Shown one piece after another: positions 1 through 10,547 of a stretch of 52,173 nucleotides of DNA (positions within the stretch are counted from its first letter, which is position 1; each line of letters begins with the position of its first letter). Under the pieces are notes generated by a model that did not search any database, had not been told where the DNA came from, and worked only from the letters and a program-made list of their open reading frames with translations. This DNA is from a virus (lineage: Duplodnaviria; Caudoviricetes): IMG/VR virus record IMGVR_UViG_3300023199_000094, positions 1-52,173 of that record; one strand, 5' to 3'. Both the position numbers and the translations under genes were made by a program.

Positions 1-3000
1 CAACACATTTAGCTGATCAATACTACCGCTTACTTCACGAATATTTTCTAATTCTTGAAGCACGCTTCTAAGTCGTGCTTCTTGGACTCCAATAACTTGA
101 TTCAAAAACTGCAGGTCGGCAACTTGCTGATCTGACGCAAACTGAAAACCACCTGCCTCAGCAATTTCTAGTTCAAGAATCTGCCGATCACGAATAAAGC
201 GCAGCTGCGCTTGACCTAATTTTATAACCGATTGTTCAAGTTCTTTAAAGGCGGTCTCACGAGTACGAGCGATATCCGCAATATCTAGCGTTTCTATACC
301 GCTCAACTCACTACTAAGCTTTCCTCTAATTTCGTTAACTTGGTTATCAAAATCTTTAATAAGAGCTAAGTTACGTCGACGAGCAGTCTGGAGACTGGAT
401 TCTACAGCTTCAGCAGCCCTTAATAGTTCATCTGACACGCCTTCGGTGGTCTTGATCTGACCCACCAAACCGCCAATCTCACTAAGTATAGCTTCAGCTT
501 TTGTGACTTCGTCCGCAAGGCCGAGATCACCCGCTAGATTGCTAAGACCGGCACCAATAGTCGACCCAACATCTCCAAGAGTTTCAAAAGCAACCTTACC
601 TAAAGCTTCAACTTCCGGAGCAATATTTTTAATGGTTTTGGAAGCTTCCTCGCCTAATTCAGCCCCTAACTCATCAGCACGCTTCGCTAAATCTCTAGCG
701 CTCTGTTCTCGCTGACGTTTAATATTAGCGTCAATCCTGTCTACTACAGCAGAACCGGAAGTCAGGGCTTTTTGTTGAGCTTCTTCAAGTACGGGTAAAA
801 GACGTTCATATTCCTCTTGTTGTTGTTCTAAAAGCTCTTTTTCTTGTTCCAGTGCGCGTTGGGCAATACGCTGATCTCTTTCTGAATCTGACACACTCCG
901 CTGAATAAGCTCAAGATTATCTATTGCATCAAGTCTAATTAGAGATAGCTCTCTGACTCTCTCAATGGGAGCACTCGATCGTATAGCGTCGGAAATAGCT
1001 TCCTCAGCTTCAGCGACAGCTTCTTGCGCAGCTTGTAGTTCATTGGCAAGTTGCTCACTTTGTAAATTACTTTCGAATCTTGCAATTTCCGACTCAGTCG
1101 AACGTATCCTGTCTTGGGTTCTCTTAATACGTTGTTCAACATCTAAAACGTCGGAAAGGCTCGCCTGAAGGTTAGCCTGTGCTTGGGCTTGCGCTTGCTC
1201 TTGTGCTTCTGCTAAACCGAATTTTGCAAAATCAGGCAACGCTTTGTCCAGGTTTATTAAGAATTGGGTAATACTTCTTTGGATATTGTTTAATAAATCA
1301 TTAGAAATGGAATTAATTATTGACTCAATTGCAAGTCTAACCTGCCCTATGACAAAAGGTATAACTACTTCACCTACGAACTGAGCTACTTTAAACAGTA
1401 AAGGTTGAAGCTTAGAAATCAGCGTAAACACAATAGGAAGAGCTTCTTGTGCTTTTTGAACAAGAACTCTAAATAGATTTGAACCCGTTACAAAAATAAA
1501 CTCCGCTAGTCCGCTAAACACTCGTGGTGCGTCAGTGGAAATTAAAGTAAGCAACTTACCTGCTATACGAAGCGCCACTCCGAACAGTCTACCAATAGCG
1601 TCAATAGTTCCTAAAACGAGGTCTCTATTTTTGGCAAAGAAACCAACCACTGAATCAAGTAGCGACTGTAACTGCGGTGCAATAGCAGTGAACAAACGGC
1701 TCTGAAGACCTTCTAAAGCTACGTCCAGATTCACCATCTGGTTATTAAAATCTTTCGCCACAGCGATATCATCTTCCGTAAACAGATTCGCTACGGCAGA
1801 CGTTTCTTCGATAGCCTGTCTAATTTCATCTCCACCAGCCAGTACAAGGTTACGAAGATTACCAAACTGCGCGGCTGTCAAATCAAAAGCTTGTTGCACA
1901 TCTTCCGGCTGTATGAAACCACTGGCAGTTGCGTCAGAAACTCTTAAAAAGACATCAATAATATCTTCAGTCCCATCAGCAAAACTTCGAATATCAACGC
2001 CCAGCTTCTCAAAGTTAGCCGCCGCATCGCTAACAGGGTCCGCTACAGCATCTCTAAGCTGTCGGTCCAGCGTTAAGAAAATCGTCTCTAGACGAGTTGA
2101 GTCAACGCGAAATTTACGTACTGCCGTACCAAACGCATTAAACTTCTTTACAAAGTCTTCCGAGGTTTCGTCCGATGGGGCAAAACGTTCAGCGGCCAGA
2201 CCAAGGTCAACAATCTGCTCACCTAACTTCTTTAAACTTTCCAGACCAGAAGCTCTGGCCAGACTCTGAACGGTATTCTTTAGGTTTACGACACCACTAA
2301 TTAAACTCTTGATACCCTGAAAGACCAAACTTGCAGGGCCGAATATAGGTAGAAATGCAGCAGTGAGGGTAAAAGAAACCGCCCTAGATAAAGGGTTTTT
2401 CTCAGAAAGGATCCCTAACGAAATAAACTTTATCATCTTTCGGCCGGCATCCGAAAGGAAATTACCGGCTAAAGGACCGGAAAGCGGAGGCGATGCTGGC
2501 AGTTGGTTTTTAACGGAAGTCGTTAAAACTCCCGTCATAGACTTGAAAAGATCTTTATTACCTGCAATAATACCTTTACCTACCGTGCTGGTAATATTAC
2601 GACCGGCCTTGTTAAGGAAATTACCGGCTAAAGGACCAGTCTTCGGCGGGGAGTTAGGTACTTTATTAGCGACGCCTTCTTCAACCGCTTTATCCGTCGC
2701 TTTAGAGATATCAGGTATACCTTTTCGGATACCTCTAGCTAGACTATCAGCGGTAATCTTACCCGATCTCTCGAACAGTTTTTTACGATTCTCTAGGGAT
2801 TTCTGCTGTGCGGCGTCAATATCCTTATTAATCGAAGATAAATCCTTCTGCACAGACTTACCTGAAAACAGACGCTTAACACCTGAAAACAGACGCTTAA
2901 CACCTGAAAACAGACCTTTAGTACCGGAAAATAGACCTTTAAACACGGACGACACACCGCTAGATAATGTACGGGCTGCAGCCTGTACAACATCAAATGC

Positions 3001-6000
3001 ATTTTTAATTAACAGCGCCGAACGAGAGACGATTGTAAACACACCCGAAAGAGCTTTAAAAGTACCAGAAACGATTTTTAAAGCTTTGTCTAAACGCAAA
3101 GTTAAAACACCGACCACGCCTTCGATGATGTCGTTTGCGCCGGAGAAAACCTTAAATACGCCTTTAGCCACACCGAACAAGTCTTTAAAAGCGCCGATGA
3201 CAGGATCAAGTGTGCCTAGTTTTTGCAAGACGTCTCTAACTTTATTAAAACTAAAAACCAAACCTATAAGAATTGGCGAGCGTTTTCCAATGTCTTTAAA
3301 TAGATTACCTATAAACTTACTAGTCTCTTCAAAAGCTTCTCTAAGTTTACCTTGTGCTAGTTTAGCGCCAAAATTCTCAATAACTTGAGATGCAGAAATC
3401 GTACTTTGTCTGACGCCTTCCGTTACACGGGAGTCGAAACCAGCGCGAATCGTATCAGCCAGTAGTTCAAGCGATGCGGAAACAGGCTTAACAAGCAGTG
3501 TGGTATACGCCTGCTTAACTAGCGGTTGGTTTTGTTCAGAGCTTGCTATAAGGCGATTTGTAATCTTGCTACCGATCTGTGCTACGTTTTTATCTACGGC
3601 TGTAGCTACAGCGGATACCGCCTTTCCCAAACCAGAAGAAGATGCGCCCCTAAGACCTTTTGTAAGAAGGCTATAAAAACCTTGACCAAATCTTACACCA
3701 GCGCCACGCAACGGCGAGCGTGGGTTTTTTGGCTCGGATTGCGGAATAAAATCAACGACCGATTCCTGTAATAGATCTATAAAGGCGCTCTGTAGCCGAA
3801 CTTTGTCCGCTTTTGCTGCACCTTCTGCCGCTACTTTAATAAAGTTTGGTATTAACTTTCTAGCGGCGTCTTCACCCTGTTGCGCTAAAACAACACCAAT
3901 ACGGCCGACAAAACTTTGAAACTCTTTTTGACCGGGTAGCTTAACGTTTTTAACGCCTCTAAACTGCTCTTCCAGTCGTTGCCTAATCTTTGGGGATGTC
4001 TCATTTAATTTAAGTAGAAAGCCTTCTAAAGCATTGGCGAAATCAGTAAACTTTTTACGAGCTTCAGGGACGTCTCTCGACAGTGAATTAACACCAGACC
4101 GTACCGCACTAAAATCCTTCGTAATAGTACTTGCAGCCTTTCCGAAAAACTTTGAAGCGGTCTTCTGTTGCGCGACTCTAGTTTTTAAGAAAGCTGCTAA
4201 ATCACCACTCGCAAAAGCGGTGATAACATCCTGAGAAGACTTACCACCACCAAGAGCCGACCGGCCTGTAGCTCCAAGCAGTGCCTCAGCGCGCGCGCGT
4301 ATAATATCTCTGCCTATTTCAAAAACAGATTTTGAAATTACTTGCGCGCCTTGGGTAGATTGCTGCACGGTCTGCTGCACCGTGCCTTGTACAGCAGCTT
4401 CAACTTTACCTCTGGTTCCAGCAACAGCAGCTTCAATTTTCGCACCACTGTTTTCTATACTCTTCGTTAAAACGTCGCCCGGAGCACGGAACGTCGCCGC
4501 CTCGCGAGCCTTTCTTTCTAAAGACTCACTAAACGGATCGCGAGACCTAGCAGTAGGAGTACCGCGTGCGGATAGCTGTAAAGCGCGTTCTCTAATCAGG
4601 GCTTGTTCAACAGACTCTAACGCCTTTAATCGCTGTCTGTTAAAATCAATATCCTTTTGAGCTTTTTTCTCAATAATCTTGATTGAATCAGCAATTGCAT
4701 CATTTTCTTCTCGAATCTGTTGCTGAATCTTCAAACGATTCTTAAGAATATCTTGATTGGTGTCTATCACCAACTTCAGGCGAGCCTTTTCGCGCTCTAT
4801 CGTCTGATTTAACTCTTCCTGCTCACGATCAATAGCCGCAATAACCTGCTTTTGTGTGTCTAAAGCAACTTTAGAGGTATTTTTCTCTACTCTTGCCTTT
4901 TCAACAGTAGTTTTAATACTCTCTTGTTCGGCTTGGATAAACGCCTGTATTTTACCTAAATCAAAAGATTGATTAAAAGCTTCTCTAGCGACTCGAACAG
5001 CTTTCTCCTGCTCTCTCGTAGCTTTAGAAGCACTTTTTTGCTTCGCAATGATTTTAGATGTCGTATCGATTTCTCGTTCAATCGCTTCGACTTTTTCTTT
5101 CTGTTGACGGATACGTACCGAAGCAGCCGCTTTGTTTTTTGATTCAATCTCTAGAAGAGCCTTAGCAACTTTAATAGAATTTTGGGCCTTAACCTGATTT
5201 TCCCTATCTATAACCCCTTTCTCTTTTAGAGCGAGGATAGCCTTTTTGTCCTCCTTTATCCGTTTCGACAGAGCGACAGCAGCTTTCTTTGCTGCTTCTG
5301 CACTACCTTCCTGAGCTTTAGTCGTAGCTTTTAGCAAATCTTGTAGTGACGAGACGCTTTTAGCGTGGTCCTCGGCCGCAGTCGTGAGTCTAGCTAAACG
5401 CTGTCTCTCTTTGTCCGCAATAACAATGCTTTGTTTACGCTGCTCCTCAGCTCGCTTCGCTAAGGCTACACCAGCATCAAGTTTCTCTCGTAGGATATTG
5501 CGTTTCTTAATCTCTTGGTCGACAGCTTTCGCTTTTTCCTGAAGTGTTTTTATTTCTTCGTTATCGGTCTCTATCACCGCAATCGACGCACGTACCTCGT
5601 TTCGTAAACGCTGTATCTTTTTTTCGTCTTCAGAACCCGAAGACCTACTGACCTTTAAGAGAGCAGCTTCCGCGGCTTTAAGATCCTCAAACGCTTTAAC
5701 ATTAGCAGCAAGTTGTTTTTCAACGTCTTTTAAACGCGCCTCTTCCTCTTTGCGAGAACGATCAATTTGTGATTGGGCTCTTACAACATCCTTAGCAGTC
5801 CGCTGACGCAGTTCTCTAACACGGGTTTGAGCATTTTCTAACCTCTTTTGCGCCTCCGCGACACCATCCGTAGTCTTAATCTGACTACGTAATCTATTAA
5901 TTTCCTTATCGCGCGCCTCGCGAGACTTATTTATGGTTTTAACAACATCGTTTTGCTCTTTCTTAACCTCTTGGAAATCTTGAGAAATCCGACGCGTGGA

Positions 6001-7947
6001 CGGTGTAAAAATCTCACGAATACGCTTACCTAAACCAGACAGGGGTGTCGTAACGACTGCGCCAATCGTTTGACCAATACGCTTCAAGAATCCAAGGCCT
6101 GACCGAACAGACTTCGGCAATATCTTCTCGAATAGACTCTTAACCTGCCCGCCTATAATCTTCTGTACATTAATGGCGCGTTGTAAAATAAGAACGCTAG
6201 TCCTACGTACAAAACCCCGCACAACATTACCGAAAAATATGAAAGGTAGGGAAATTGTATTTACAGGGATTCTTAACAGCGTCGGCCAAAAGTTCGACAC
6301 GATCTTACTGAACCGTGTCGCCAGACGCTCAGTAATGATCTCATTTTGCTCAAGGTTAACACCCCACGCTTTAGATGCAGCGGTGTTGCTTATTAGACTT
6401 TTAGTCGTACGTTCAAGCTCGCCGGCAATACCAAAAACATCAACACGTAAATTAGCAACGTTATTGACCGTGGTTAAAAGAATCTTTGTAATCGTATTTA
6501 AAGACTGAACAATCGAGCTGATCGTGCTTCTAATAACGTTAAAAATCTTGATAATACCCACTCCCTTCGGAAGTTGTTTCCGAAGATCGTTTATAGCTTT
6601 GAACACAAAACTCAAAGCGTCGCGCGCTTGACCAAAGAATATAATAAATCTTGACCGACCGTCACCAAGCGCAGCTGAAATACGTAAGAAACCAGCCCTC
6701 GCCTTTGAGACAAAGTTACTTACTAATGGAGTAAGAATAGAAAAGACACCGATAATACCTGATAATCCTGCGGACAGGGTCGTGACGTTGAACACCACAC
6801 TGATTAAAACCGACGACGTTAAAGACACCAACCCTAAAATAGAAGCCACTCTATTAGCTAATATTGTGATAGGCGAGATAAGATTATTAATCGAGATGAA
6901 TAAAGTGTTGATTAAGGCTGCTAGTCGACCGAGTACCGATTCTGGCCGCTGCGATGCAAAAATACGAACCTGCCCAACGATACCTTTAAAGATCGCGTTA
7001 AACCCTAATAAAGTCACCGACACTAGACCGAGTGTCGAAATTTTCGTAACTAAAAAGCCTAGAATACCATCAATCTTAAACAGACTAGATCCGATTGCGT
7101 CAACTCGAGGGACAAGCGGACCAATAAAACTTTGAACCGTAGTGCCTATACCTTTAACAACCGAACCAATACCTTCCACTAAACTAAATATAGCGAAAAA
7201 AGTGTTTTCTAAAACAGAAAAAGTCGTTGAGAAAACACCTTCAATAAAAGAAGCAACGCCCGCAAAACCGGAAGTCAAATTAACAGCTACTTGCTGAATA
7301 TTGTCCGATAGAGTCGTGAGTGAAAAACCAAATCCAGACACGCTAGCCGTAGCCGCGCCGGTCGCTGCCGTAGCCGCGCCGGTCGCTGCCGTAGCCGACT
7401 GAATTGACGCCTCAGCGGTTGCGACAGACGCCGAAACAGTCTGTACAGCTTGTGCCGTCGCTTCCGTAGTGGTGGTAGCTGTCGTCATTGACGACACAAA
7501 ACCTGGTATGGACGTAAAACCAATAAACGAAATAACCGCCGCCCACTGACTGAAAGACTCAAAAGCTCTATTCACAAATCGAGTAAGAGTATTCGTCGTC
7601 TCGGACGCTTGTCGGCCAACTTCTTCTAGTGATCGATTAGTCTCTGCCCGAGTACGTCCGATAGCCCCGCCAACTGTCGACGTAGCTCTTACAATCGCAT
7701 CAGACGACGCGCCTGCAACAGCCGAAAAAGCTGCCCCTATCCGATCCAACGTAACTCTAATCTTAGATAGATTAAAATCAATACGCTGAATCGACGATGT
7801 CAGTTTAGTGTCGTCTGCCGCAATAGAAACGTTAAATCTCTGCTTTGACAGATTAGCAAGCCTATTGTCTAGTTTGCTAATCTGTTCAAAAACATTATCT
7901 AATTTCGCGACAAAATTAGTTACGACGTCGCCGACGAGTAAGGCCAT
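1..7947 (-). CDS. Tail tape measure protein (3' end beyond window; >2649 aa)
   Basis: ATG at 7947 overlaps the upstream TAA (TAATG) and begins MALLVGDVVTNFVAKLD. The frame was open where I translated it (7947 region, 6661-6780, 1-60). It is absent from the ORF track, consistent with no stop before the window edge. Ala/Gly/hydrophobic and charged coiled-coil segments; directly follows the tail chaperones. Confidence 0.9.
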   Translation of the reverse strand, partial: MALLVGDVVTNFVAKLDNVFEQISKLDNRLANLSKQRFNVSIAADDTKLTSSIQRIDFNLSKIRVTLDRIGAAFSAVAGASSDAIVRATSTVGGAIGRTRAETNRSLEEVGRQASETTNTLTRFVNRAFESFSQWAAVISFIGFTSIPGFVSSMTTATTTTEATAQAVQTVSASVATAEASIQSATAATGAATAATGAATASVSGFGFSLTTLSDNIQQVAVNLTSGFAGVASFIEGVFSTTFSVLENTFFAIFSLVEGIGSVVKGIGTTVQSFIGPLVPRVDAIGSSLFKIDGILGFLVTKISTLGLVSVTLLGFNAIFKGIVGQVRIFASQRPESVLGRLAALINTLFISINNLISPITILANRVASILGLVSLTSSVLISVVFNVTTLSAGLSGIIGVFSILTPLVSNFVSKARAGFLRISAALGDGRSRFIIFFGQARDALSFVFKAINDLRKQLPKGVGIIKIFNVIRSTISSIVQSLNTITKILLTTVNNVANLRVDVFGIAGELERTTKSLISNTAASKAWGVNLEQNEIITERLATRFSKIVSNFWPTLLRIPVNTISLPFIFFGNVVRGFVRRTSVLILQRAINVQKIIGGQVKSLFEKILPKSVRSGLGFLKRIGQTIGAVVTTPLSGLGKRIREIFTPSTRRISQDFQEVKKEQNDVVKTINKSREARDKEINRLRSQIKTTDGVAEAQKRLENAQTRVRELRQRTAKDVVRAQSQIDRSRKEEEARLKDVEKQLAANVKAFEDLKAAEAALLKVSRSSGSEDEKKIQRLRNEVRASIAVIETDNEEIKTLQEKAKAVDQEIKKRNILREKLDAGVALAKRAEEQRKQSIVIADKERQRLARLTTAAEDHAKSVSSLQDLLKATTKAQEGSAEAAKKAAVALSKRIKEDKKAILALKEKGVIDRENQVKAQNSIKVAKALLEIESKNKAAASVRIRQQKEKVEAIEREIDTTSKIIAKQKSASKATREQEKAVRVAREAFNQSFDLGKIQAFIQAEQESIKTTVEKARVEKNTSKVALDTQKQVIAAIDREQEELNQTIEREKARLKLVIDTNQDILKNRLKIQQQIREENDAIADSIKIIEKKAQKDIDFNRQRLKALESVEQALIRERALQLSARGTPTARSRDPFSESLERKAREAATFRAPGDVLTKSIENSGAKIEAAVAGTRGKVEAAVQGTVQQTVQQSTQGAQVISKSVFEIGRDIIRARAEALLGATGRSALGGGKSSQDVITAFASGDLAAFLKTRVAQQKTASKFFGKAASTITKDFSAVRSGVNSLSRDVPEARKKFTDFANALEGFLLKLNETSPKIRQRLEEQFRGVKNVKLPGQKEFQSFVGRIGVVLAQQGEDAARKLIPNFIKVAAEGAAKADKVRLQSAFIDLLQESVVDFIPQSEPKNPRSPLRGAGVRFGQGFYSLLTKGLRGASSSGLGKAVSAVATAVDKNVAQIGSKITNRLIASSEQNQPLVKQAYTTLLVKPVSASLELLADTIRAGFDSRVTEGVRQSTISASQVIENFGAKLAQGKLREAFEETSKFIGNLFKDIGKRSPILIGLVFSFNKVRDVLQKLGTLDPVIGAFKDLFGVAKGVFKVFSGANDIIEGVVGVLTLRLDKALKIVSGTFKALSGVFTIVSRSALLIKNAFDVVQAAARTLSSGVSSVFKGLFSGTKGLFSGVKRLFSGVKRLFSGKSVQKDLSSINKDIDAAQQKSLENRKKLFERSGKITADSLARGIRKGIPDISKATDKAVEEGVANKVPNSPPKTGPLAGNFLNKAGRNITSTVGKGIIAGNKDLFKSMTGVLTTSVKNQLPASPPLSGPLAGNFLSDAGRKMIKFISLGILSEKNPLSRAVSFTLTAAFLPIFGPASLVFQGIKSLISGVVNLKNTVQSLARASGLESLKKLGEQIVDLGLAAERFAPSDETSEDFVKKFNAFGTAVRKFRVDSTRLETIFLTLDRQLRDAVADPVSDAAANFEKLGVDIRSFADGTEDIIDVFLRVSDATASGFIQPEDVQQAFDLTAAQFGNLRNLVLAGGDEIRQAIEETSAVANLFTEDDIAVAKDFNNQMVNLDVALEGLQSRLFTAIAPQLQSLLDSVVGFFAKNRDLVLGTIDAIGRLFGVALRIAGKLLTLISTDAPRVFSGLAEFIFVTGSNLFRVLVQKAQEALPIVFTLISKLQPLLFKVAQFVGEVVIPFVIGQVRLAIESIINSISNDLLNNIQRSITQFLINLDKALPDFAKFGLAEAQEQAQAQAQANLQASLSDVLDVEQRIKRTQDRIRSTESEIARFESNLQSEQLANELQAAQEAVAEAEEAISDAIRSSAPIERVRELSLIRLDAIDNLELIQRSVSDSERDQRIAQRALEQEKELLEQQQEEYERLLPVLEEAQQKALTSGSAVVDRIDANIKRQREQSARDLAKRADELGAELGEEASKTIKNIAPEVEALGKVAFETLGDVGSTIGAGLSNLAGDLGLADEVTKAEAILSEIGGLVGQIKTTEGVSDELLRAAEAVESSLQTARRRNLALIKDFDNQVNEIRGKLSSELSGIETLDIADIARTRETAFKELEQSVIKLGQAQLRFIRDRQILELEIAEAGGFQFASDQQVADLQFLNQVIGVQEARLRSVLQELENIREVSGSIDQLNVL
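2861..2940. repeat. 21-bp tandem repeat in TMP (7-aa unit LFSGVKR-like)
   Basis: cctgaaaacagacgcttaaca twice, followed by degenerate copies. Confidence 0.85.
7349..7396. repeat. 21-bp tandem repeat in TMP (ATAATGA unit)
   Basis: gtagccgcgccggtcgctgcc twice plus a partial copy. Confidence 0.85.
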
Positions 7948-8570
7948 TATTCCCCTCTTGTCTTCTTCAGTTGGGCGAGCTTAGCTTCATACTTTAAGGT
8001 TTGTGTTTCAACAATACTATCTAAAGAAGGCACTAAGACGCCTGTATTAGACCGCAGCCAACGTCGGAAATTATCATGAAAAGCGCGGAACATCTGTTCC
8101 TTCTTTTTCTGAGACATTTTTTTAGATTTATGGCGTCGTTTCGTACGCACAGGCAGCTCGTATTCTTCGTCTTCCTCGTCATCTTCGTCTTCATCACCGA
8201 TGTCACGAAGAAAACCGTCTACCTCTTCAATCTTGTCTCCTAACTCATCAAATGCGGATCTCTGACCTTTTTTCGTAAACATAGTTGCGGCGGCAGCCAT
8301 AATCGTCATAGTTAAATAACGTTGTTGCTCTAGTGTTTGCTTACTTACCACCAAAACGACTTCTTGAAACACATCAATAGGCAACTCTACGACGTATTCA
8401 GCGTCCCAGCCCGCTCGCACCAAAGCGGCCACGGCTTCCACAATGTTGATTCTATTGTTGTTTTCATCGCGAAAATCCGTGGCCGCTTTTAGTGCTTCGG
8501 TGGAGCCTTTTAGGCTAGCGCGCCGCTTAGTGCGTTTTTTAGGCCGCCATGCTCCCAATTGACGACCCAA
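7947..8570 (-). CDS. Tail assembly chaperone, frameshift-extension part (gpT-like)
   Basis: Overlaps the end of the 178-aa gene in the -1 frame, has no convincing own start, and lies immediately before the TMP. Confidence 0.8.
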   Translation of the reverse strand: MGRQLGAWRPKKRTKRRASLKGSTEALKAATDFRDENNNRINIVEAVAALVRAGWDAEYVVELPIDVFQEVVLVVSKQTLEQQRYLTMTIMAAAATMFTKKGQRSAFDELGDKIEEVDGFLRDIGDEDEDDEEDEEYELPVRTKRRHKSKKMSQKKKEQMFRAFHDNFRRWLRSNTGVLVPSLDSIVETQTLKYEAKLAQLKKTRGE

Positions 8571-9046
8571 ACGCCTCTGAGGACCGACACAAGGTCGGCA
8601 ATACCCACTTCATCAATAAACGACGAATCTACATGCTTCTTGCATGTTTCATCACTATACACCGACCTAATCACAATCTCTTCAATATCGTTTTCAGACT
8701 CTGCAAGCAGGGTCATAATACCCTGCATGACTTTGGCGTTCCTCTGGCCGGTGGTCTCGCCTTCTTTCGTAGATTCAAAAATACCAATAGGTTCTAACTT
8801 AGACATAAGGGTCTGAACCTTCTTAATCATACCGAATAGATCACGAGCGCCCCACTCTTTGACGTAAACGTCATCCTCCGACGACGTCAACGTTACTTTC
8901 ATAATAGTCCGCTTACGGAGCGGCTGGCTCACCACAGTATAAGTATTAGATTCGTCCTTTTTAACTTGGTCTTCGGAAACATCTTCCGTCGTCTTAATAG
9001 GCGGCGGCGGGGGAGGTGTAGGACTCTTCGTTTCGGTGGTCGTCAT
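8510..9046 (-). CDS. Tail assembly chaperone (gpG-like)
   Basis: Lies between major tail protein and TMP; slippery heptamer near its 3' end. Confidence 0.8.
   Translation of the reverse strand: MTTTETKSPTPPPPPPIKTTEDVSEDQVKKDESNTYTVVSQPLRKRTIMKVTLTSSEDDVYVKEWGARDLFGMIKKVQTLMSKLEPIGIFESTKEGETTGQRNAKVMQGIMTLLAESENDIEEIVIRSVYSDETCKKHVDSSFIDEVGIADLVSVLRGVWVVNWEHGGLKNALSGALA
8534..8540 (-). promoter_or_regulatory. -1 programmed ribosomal frameshift site A AAA AAC
   Basis: Minus strand reads GGC CTA AAA AAC GCA (GLKNA); a -1 slip enters the frame KKRTKRRASLKGST of ORF 7947-8570. Confidence 0.85.
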
Positions 9047-9081
9047 TGCAATTCCTTATTATATAATCCCTAACTACACGT

Positions 9082-9121
9082 AAAATAGGCCGAGAGGGGT
9101 GCCCGCACCCCTCTCGGCCTA
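9082..9121 (-). terminator. Intrinsic terminator after major tail protein
   Basis: Perfect inverted repeat TAGGCCGAGAGGGGTG/CACCCCTCTCGGCCTA followed by TTTT on the minus strand. Confidence 0.8.
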
Positions 9122-9154
9122 CCAATTCAATCCCACCGAACTATATAACTACGA

Positions 9155-10027
9155 TTAGCACTCGATACCAGTCGAGACCTTTTCGAAGTTATCGAACAGG
9201 TGGAACGAACCACGGTTACCGGTACCGTCAGCCAGAATCTTGCAACTAAATGACTGCGACATGAACGCCGCCGGATCAATAGTGGTATCGCCTTCGATAC
9301 CGATGCTGACGAACGGGAACTGGTAGGCGAACAGCGGACCAATGCGGTTAAGCGCCTGAATCTTCATAGCGCCTTCCAACACCGCGCCCGTCTGGATACG
9401 ATATTCAGTTGTTTCGCGGACGTAATTATACGTGATGATAACCTCGGCGCCGTCCACAATAGCACCAGACGACATACGAGCAGTTGTAGCCGGGGTACGA
9501 CCCGTGCCTGTGCCTGCAGCCTGAGTAAAGGTGTAATCCACACCCTCCACGTAGGTCACAGAGCCGTCCGTCGAACGGACGAGCACATCATCGACGGTAT
9601 CATCCTCCCAATACAGATCGACATAGTCTAGCGAGCCGTCTTCAATCGCTAGCGCATCAATGATCTCGGCCGTTGTACCCACAAGACGAATACGCTTCTG
9701 CTCAAGCACTTCATACGTCGACGCAGCATCCGGTGCAATATTCGGACGGAAAAGAAGCACAAGGTTATTACCGACAAGCTCATCAAGCGTGAACTTGATA
9801 TCGCCAGTAACCTTGTTGACGACGTGTTTATCCTCAGTCAGAAGACCGTTACGCGCGCTTTCGTGCGTAAGGTACTCGTCCGTGAGCGTCAGGGCAATCG
9901 ACGCTGCGTTGCCAAGATCAAACCACGGGCAAAGCGTGCCGTCATCATCGAATGGCGCAAACCAAATCGACAATGCCGACGGCATCATGTAGTTATCGGG
10001 ATTGTTAGGTAATTTTACAAGAGCCAT
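9155..10027 (-). CDS. Major tail (tube) protein
   Basis: 290 aa, beta-rich with DLGNA and EGVDYT motifs typical of siphovirus tube proteins; precedes terminator and chaperones. Confidence 0.8.
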   Translation of the reverse strand: MALVKLPNNPDNYMMPSALSIWFAPFDDDGTLCPWFDLGNAASIALTLTDEYLTHESARNGLLTEDKHVVNKVTGDIKFTLDELVGNNLVLLFRPNIAPDAASTYEVLEQKRIRLVGTTAEIIDALAIEDGSLDYVDLYWEDDTVDDVLVRSTDGSVTYVEGVDYTFTQAAGTGTGRTPATTARMSSGAIVDGAEVIITYNYVRETTEYRIQTGAVLEGAMKIQALNRIGPLFAYQFPFVSIGIEGDTTIDPAAFMSQSFSCKILADGTGNRGSFHLFDNFEKVSTGIEC

Positions 10028-10043
10028 TATGGTGTCTCCGGGA

Positions 10044-10547
10044 TTAGGTTAGGTCTTTTCGGACCGACGTTAACTCTAACCTGAACTGATACACCGCTAG
10101 GCCGTTATCCTCAATCCCGACAAGAATTGGTTCATTAAGTGGGTTAACGCTATGTACACAGAGACAGCCCACTTGAAACTGAACATTTATCCGTCGTTTA
10201 AAGAATAAGAATAACCTCGCTGCATCGTTTTGTGCTTTATCTCGGTGTCCACCGTAGATGTTGAAACTAACCGCTCCTCTGGTCTTAGCGGGGCGAGTTT
10301 GAGACCCAAAAGGGTCTAAAATAATCTCATTACGTATGACGACTACAATGTCGTCTCTAGCCGACTGACTAGCGCCGTCTTGATCGTAATATTCTTTCGG
10401 TAACAAATCCACGAAAAGGTTTTCCGAAAAAGCCAACGTACGGCCGTTCGATAGCTCGATCCCCAAGCCACTGAGGTAGATAGCCACCGCGCGGTCGTGA
10501 GTGACGACCGGGGGCAAAATCTCTGGGAACTCGGGGTTATACGCCAT
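10044..10547 (-). CDS. Tail completion/terminator protein
   Basis: 167 aa immediately before the tail tube gene; C-terminal P-I-L-V-G-I-E-D-N-G..Y-Q-F pattern resembles tail terminator proteins. Confidence 0.6.
   Translation of the reverse strand: MAYNPEFPEILPPVVTHDRAVAIYLSGLGIELSNGRTLAFSENLFVDLLPKEYYDQDGASQSARDDIVVVIRNEIILDPFGSQTRPAKTRGAVSFNIYGGHRDKAQNDAARLFLFFKRRINVQFQVGCLCVHSVNPLNEPILVGIEDNGLAVYQFRLELTSVRKDLT

Noticed and set aside
503-7135. Plus-strand ORFs up to 341 aa
   Set aside because: Antisense shadows of the tape measure gene
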